From Sminthopsis crassicaudata (Eukaryota): a stretch of 64,000 nucleotides of DNA. This document shows positions 59,558-64,000 of the stretch, piece by piece. The notes beneath the pieces were generated by a model that was not told the DNA's origin, did not search any database, and was given only the letters and a program-made list of their open reading frames with translations. Where the stretch lies: assembly GCF_048593235.1 (NCBI RefSeq), contig NC_133618.1, forward strand, positions 387,580,562-387,644,561. The letters are read 5' to 3'. Position 1 is the stretch's first letter, and each line of letters opens with the position of its first letter. The position numbers and the translations under genes were made by a program.

Positions 59558-60939
59558 CTAAAAAATAATATGTCAAAAGTAGTTATACCTTTTAAGATGC
59601 TTTCATATGGTTTATTTTGTTTGTTTTTGTACCACTGATGGGATATCATCTCCATTTTACAGAGGTGGAGTCAAGACTCATAAAGTACTAGAAATAGAAG
59701 GAAGAGCCAAAGATCTTCACCTAGACTACAGAAACTACCATCCTACTCTACCCATCCCAGCACCATCTCATCCAGAGAGCCCTGGAAATCTGATTCCCTA
59801 GAAAAATAAAGGGAGCTCTTCATCTGTTGGGAATGAGATTGTGAAAACACATTCTTTCCATCAATGGTCTAAATGGAACCTCATAGCTATGTAACTTTTT
59901 ACATGCTTCTAACAGCTCACTTTACAACTTCTGTAGGATAATAAGGTATTTCTGAAACCATTTTAAATAATAGTAGTGGGGGGGGAAAGGCTCATATATT
60001 TTGAATCAAAAGAATGCTAGGTGATTATCTAGTGCAACTCTCTCATTTTAAAGATGAGGATACTTAGTACCAGAGAAATTAAATAACCCAAAGTGGTAGA
60101 AACAGGATTCAAATGCAGGTCCTCTTACTCCAAATCCATATCCATACCAGTATATCATCACAAACCCTGTCTTGCTGCTATATCTCCTCTAAGTTTTCAT
60201 CTTTGCTGTTAGCTTTATGCTTCCCATTTAGGATTCTCCTGTCTAATCCTAACAAAGAGTTCTTTAAACTCTTCTTTCTCTTGGACCTCTTCTTTCTGCT
60301 ACTCTATTTACTTGTATCAACTGAAAATTTCTATTCCCTTGAAGGCTCCACATTATCTCTTATGCTGGCTGTCTCTCTTCCCATTTCTCACTTAAGGTCT
60401 GGAAGTAAAGACTTACTCTTTTCTCTCCCACCATCACTCAACATTTCCTCTAAGGGAGGCCAGCTGATTACCTAAATGGCATTCACCCACCAACCTCCAA
60501 GTTATTTTGCTATCTTTTTCTATCACTTTGGCACCTGGCTTAGTCTTCCTCTCTATTCTTTCCCTTGGTACGATTGTCAGAAACTTGAATATCCACAATA
60601 ATGACTCTTCAAACTCTCTGACTTCATAGTTTGTTGAACTCTTTAGTTCCTATGGCTTCCATCATTTTAACTGTCACCTATAGGTGTACCTACCCCAAAC
60701 ACATTATATGAACATTTATGATCATATCCTGGGCCTTATCACTCAAAATTATTCTGCCTCCAAAATTATAAAATTTTAGGAATTCCCCTATTATAATCAT
60801 CTGTCTTTCATTCTCTTCTATTCATTCCCCCTATATCTGTGTTCTTATCAACACTACAAAAACCTTGATTTTTTTTCCCTTCATTTCTTTTTATCATTAT
60901 TTTCTTTAGATTTTTAAACCTTTTGCTTCTTTAAATGAA

Positions 60940-61880
60940 ACTTATTATTTTGCTTAGCAATATAAAGTATAGCCTTGGTAGGTTGACTAATATTGCACTA
61001 ATTAATTGAAGTATCACTTTTTCCTATCATATTGGCTCAGCCTAGCCATGAACTGGTTATTTCAGTAATTATTTCTTTAAGGAGCATCTTGTAATAGTAT
61101 CTATGCTACACTTGAGTGTGTCTTTGTAACCAATACCTAAAGTTTATACATTTTGAAATTATTTTAAGTATAGTTCCTCTTTTATATTATTTCTTCCTCA
61201 ATTTTGATACTGCTATGTAGAAACGTTATTGATATTTGTGGGTTTATTTGTATAGTAGTACTCTACTGAATCTACTGTTGTTTCAATTAATTCACTAGGG
61301 TTTTCTAAGTAAATCATGACATCAATACATAGGGAAAATAATTTCCTGTTTGTTGCTATTTATGCTTTTAATTTCTTTTCTCCTCCTGTATCAGTGCCAA
61401 AACAAGTATTTCTGAAACCATTTTAAATAATAATAGTAGGAGGGGGGAAAAGGCTCACCTTTTTTTTTACTCTTGGATTAGAAAAGTCAGTGCTTACTCA
61501 ACCAAAGCTAGCTTTTAATATATGCTTTTTATCACCAAAATATAGTTCTTCTGTGTTGGACTTTATAATTTTACTATAAAAGAATGTTACTTTTTGTCAG
61601 AGCTTTTTTCTGTATTATTTGATAAAATCATGGTTTCGAATGTTGTTTTTAAAATATTTCCTACCATTAAATCATCCTTGAGTTCCTTGTATAAATTCAA
61701 CTTGATCACACCAAATACTTTTTTTTGTATATAATGCTAAAGTCTTTTTTCCAGGATTTATTGAAAAATTTAAGAATCATTATTTTCTATTGATATTGAT
61801 CTATAGTTTTCTTTCTATGCTTTATCCTTTCCTGCTTTAGGCATATATCTATTTTCTCAATAATCAATACTGTTCTGGCC
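60940..61880 (-). mobile_element. L1 ORF2 RT fragment, old
   Basis: Minus strand reads DVMIYLENP near 61295-61322 and a degenerate CPLSPLLFNIVLEVLA..IRQEKEI segment near 61360-61460. Confidence 0.7.
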
Positions 61881-62163
61881 TTATTTTTCTATTAAGTTGC
61901 AACTACTGTATGGTCAGTTATTTTAATAATATCTTCACCTCTATACTGCAATCCCTTGACAGTTCCATTATTTCTACCTTATTAAATCTCAATCTTAAAA
62001 AACATTCAAAATCTGCCATTTCTGGTCCTACTGTGATATAAATATAAAGAGGAAATGAGTTCAAATCCCAACTTTGCTATTTATTATCTGTGTGATCATA
62101 GGTAGGTCAATTACTCTTCTGGGCTTCAGTTTCTTTATCTGCAAAAGATAATAAATGAACCAG

Positions 62164-62345
62164 ATCAGGGGTCTTTTGGGTCTTTTTGCGCAATGGTCCT
62201 TTTTCTCAGTCTACTGGAGTCTGTGGATCCATCTTAGAATAAGGCATTATGCATAAAATACACAGGAGATTAAAAAAGGAAACTAATTATGCTTAAATAG
62301 TTATAAAATATTAACAACAAATTCACAGACTTGTGAAGAAACTCT
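62164..62345. mobile_element. Short hAT-Charlie-like element
   Basis: caggggtctttt... start and internal similarity to 48280-48445. Confidence 0.45.
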
Positions 62346-63564
62346 GGAGCAGATGGATGATCTCTAAGTCTTTTCTAGTTCTAAATCCTTTGGTTATATT
62401 AAACTGTAAAACTACTAGGTCCACTACAAATATATGGTATTTACCCTCTGAACTTACTATCTAAAGGATATCTTACTTATATTTTGCCTTATTCCTCCTC
62501 CTCAATATCTATCACAAAACTCAAGGTTTCCAAAATCTGACAATTTACCTTTCCAGTTTTATTTCATATTAGTGCTTTCCCATATTGCAAATTCTAGACA
62601 AAATAGACTACTTGCCATCTTAATTGTGTCCATACTTATGCCTTTGATGAAACCTTCTACAACTAGAATGGATCTCTTTCATTTGTACCTGCTGAAGACT
62701 ATCCATTCCCTCAAAACCAGCCAGTTCTACCAGGGAGTTTTCCTTGATGTTACACTTCTCTTATAAAAATGACCTGCCCCTAAGTTTTTTGTAGCACTTT
62801 TCCTGATCCTTTCCTTTTGCTTTTTCTGAATGGTTCTCCCTTGGGTCAGTTATTTTTGTATCTCTTCTGATTTTAGATTGTGCATTCCCTGAGGGTGCTG
62901 CGTCAGATTTCCTGGTGTCCCCATATCTGCTAGGGTGCCGTGCATGTAAAAGAAATTTTAAAAATGTCTAAGTTGAATGCATCTAATACAAAGGAGGTAA
63001 TTTTATAACTGAGAAACTAGAGGCCCAGAGTTAGAGATTCCAAAAGATACATGATGGAAAAATCTATATCCAGAAAAAGAACTGATAGATTCTGAATGCA
63101 GATAAAAACCTTTCATTTTCACTTTATTTCCATCATGGTTTTTTTCCTTTTGAATTTTCTTTCACAACATGACTAACATGGAATGTTTTACATGATTGCA
63201 CATATATAACCTATATCAAACTGCTTACCATTTTAGGAAGAGGGAAGGGGAGAAAAATTTGGAATTCAAAATTTTGTAAAAATGAATGTTTAAAATTGTC
63301 TTCACATGCAATTTAAAAAACGAAATACTATTTTTTCAAGAGAGCTAAAAGTGATGTGTTTGAGATTAAATAGCTAAAAAGTGGCAGAGCAAGGATTAGA
63401 ATTCAAGTCTCCTGCCTCCCAGTTCAATGTTCCTTCATATGACCCGTCCAAGATTACACAACAGAGATGAGATCAGAACCTTGATTTTTTAAATTTGTTG
63501 TGTTTGTCCCATTCTTCTGTGATATTTCTTCAGTATAGAATACATATGAAGCAACTCAGGAGAG

Positions 63565-63760
63565 GAAGGCAGTGGGTATAGTAGAATGAGCATGGCTCTG
63601 GAGTTAAAGAGGACAGGGGTTCGAATCCTTCCTCTGACACTCACTGCTTGTGAGACTTTGAGCGAGCCAGCTAACCTTCCCTGTACCTCAGTTTCCTCAT
63701 TTGTAGAATGAAGGGGTTGGATAGATGGCCTTTAAGGTTCCTTCCAGTTCTATAACTATG
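63565..63760 (+). mobile_element. MIR/MIR3-type CORE-SINE
   Basis: tRNA-like head with ggttcgaatcc B box, cctcagtttcctcatttgtagaatg core, aaggttccttccagttct tail. Confidence 0.75.
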
Positions 63761-63877
63761 GTTCTATGGCCCAATCTCCAGCACATGCTCAGGGTTCATT
63801 CCGCCATAGTTCATTCACATGCTTTATTAACATAAAGAAGAAAGCGTGAATTCCCCAGGATGACATAATAGGATTAC

Positions 63878-64000
63878 CTCTGCACCCCAAGTAACTGCTC
63901 TTCTGTATAGGTCATGCTAGCCTCTCCAGGCCGAGCCTGACTTCTCTCATTCTCAGCCTTCTTTTCCTTCTTAGAATTCATACACTTATGGCATCCACAG
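63878..64000 (-). CDS. DNAJC18: DNAJC18 exon 2 (3' part; runs off the window)
   Basis: [40 protein letters not shown](R) then GTAATC; the phase-2 end matches exon 3. Confidence 0.95.

Noticed and set aside
1-64000. CRISPR arrays, operons, prokaryotic defence systems, tRNA or rRNA genes
   Set aside because: The sequence is intron-containing mammalian DNA. No repeat-spacer arrays were seen, and tRNA-like A/B boxes all belong to SINE heads.

Overview
Eukaryotic genomic DNA from a marsupial, probably a dasyurid. The assignment rests on WSINE1-like, MAR1-like, RTE and 7SL-derived repeats. The window carries the conserved mammalian minus-strand block MZB1 (4 exons, 192 aa), PROB1 (1 exon, 1013 aa), SPATA24 (6 exons, 205 aa) and DNAJC18 (exons 2-8; exon 1 and the start of exon 2 lie beyond the right edge). 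SLC23A1 is expected by synteny off the left edge. All exons were assembled by hand with GT-AG boundaries and consistent phases. Apart from PROB1, the supplied ORF track mostly lists chance ORFs or read-through fragments of these exons. The remainder is transposon-derived: an internally deleted class I ERV at the left end, L1, L2, CR1/L3, RTE, MIR, CORE-SINEs, hAT and Tigger elements, and two 7SL-derived copies. The best leads are (1) a chain of five well-formed, unexplained minus-strand exon candidates between DNAJC18 and SPATA24, two of which could join SPATA24 exon 2 in frame; (2) a minimal ERV whose 5' LTR is partly inverted and rich in fold-back hairpins; (3) plasma-cell and ER-stress motifs at MZB1, one inside a MIR; and (4) S-domain-retaining 7SL retrocopies. 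All are hypotheses from sequence alone. Repeat family names are from memory and repeat boundaries are approximate.
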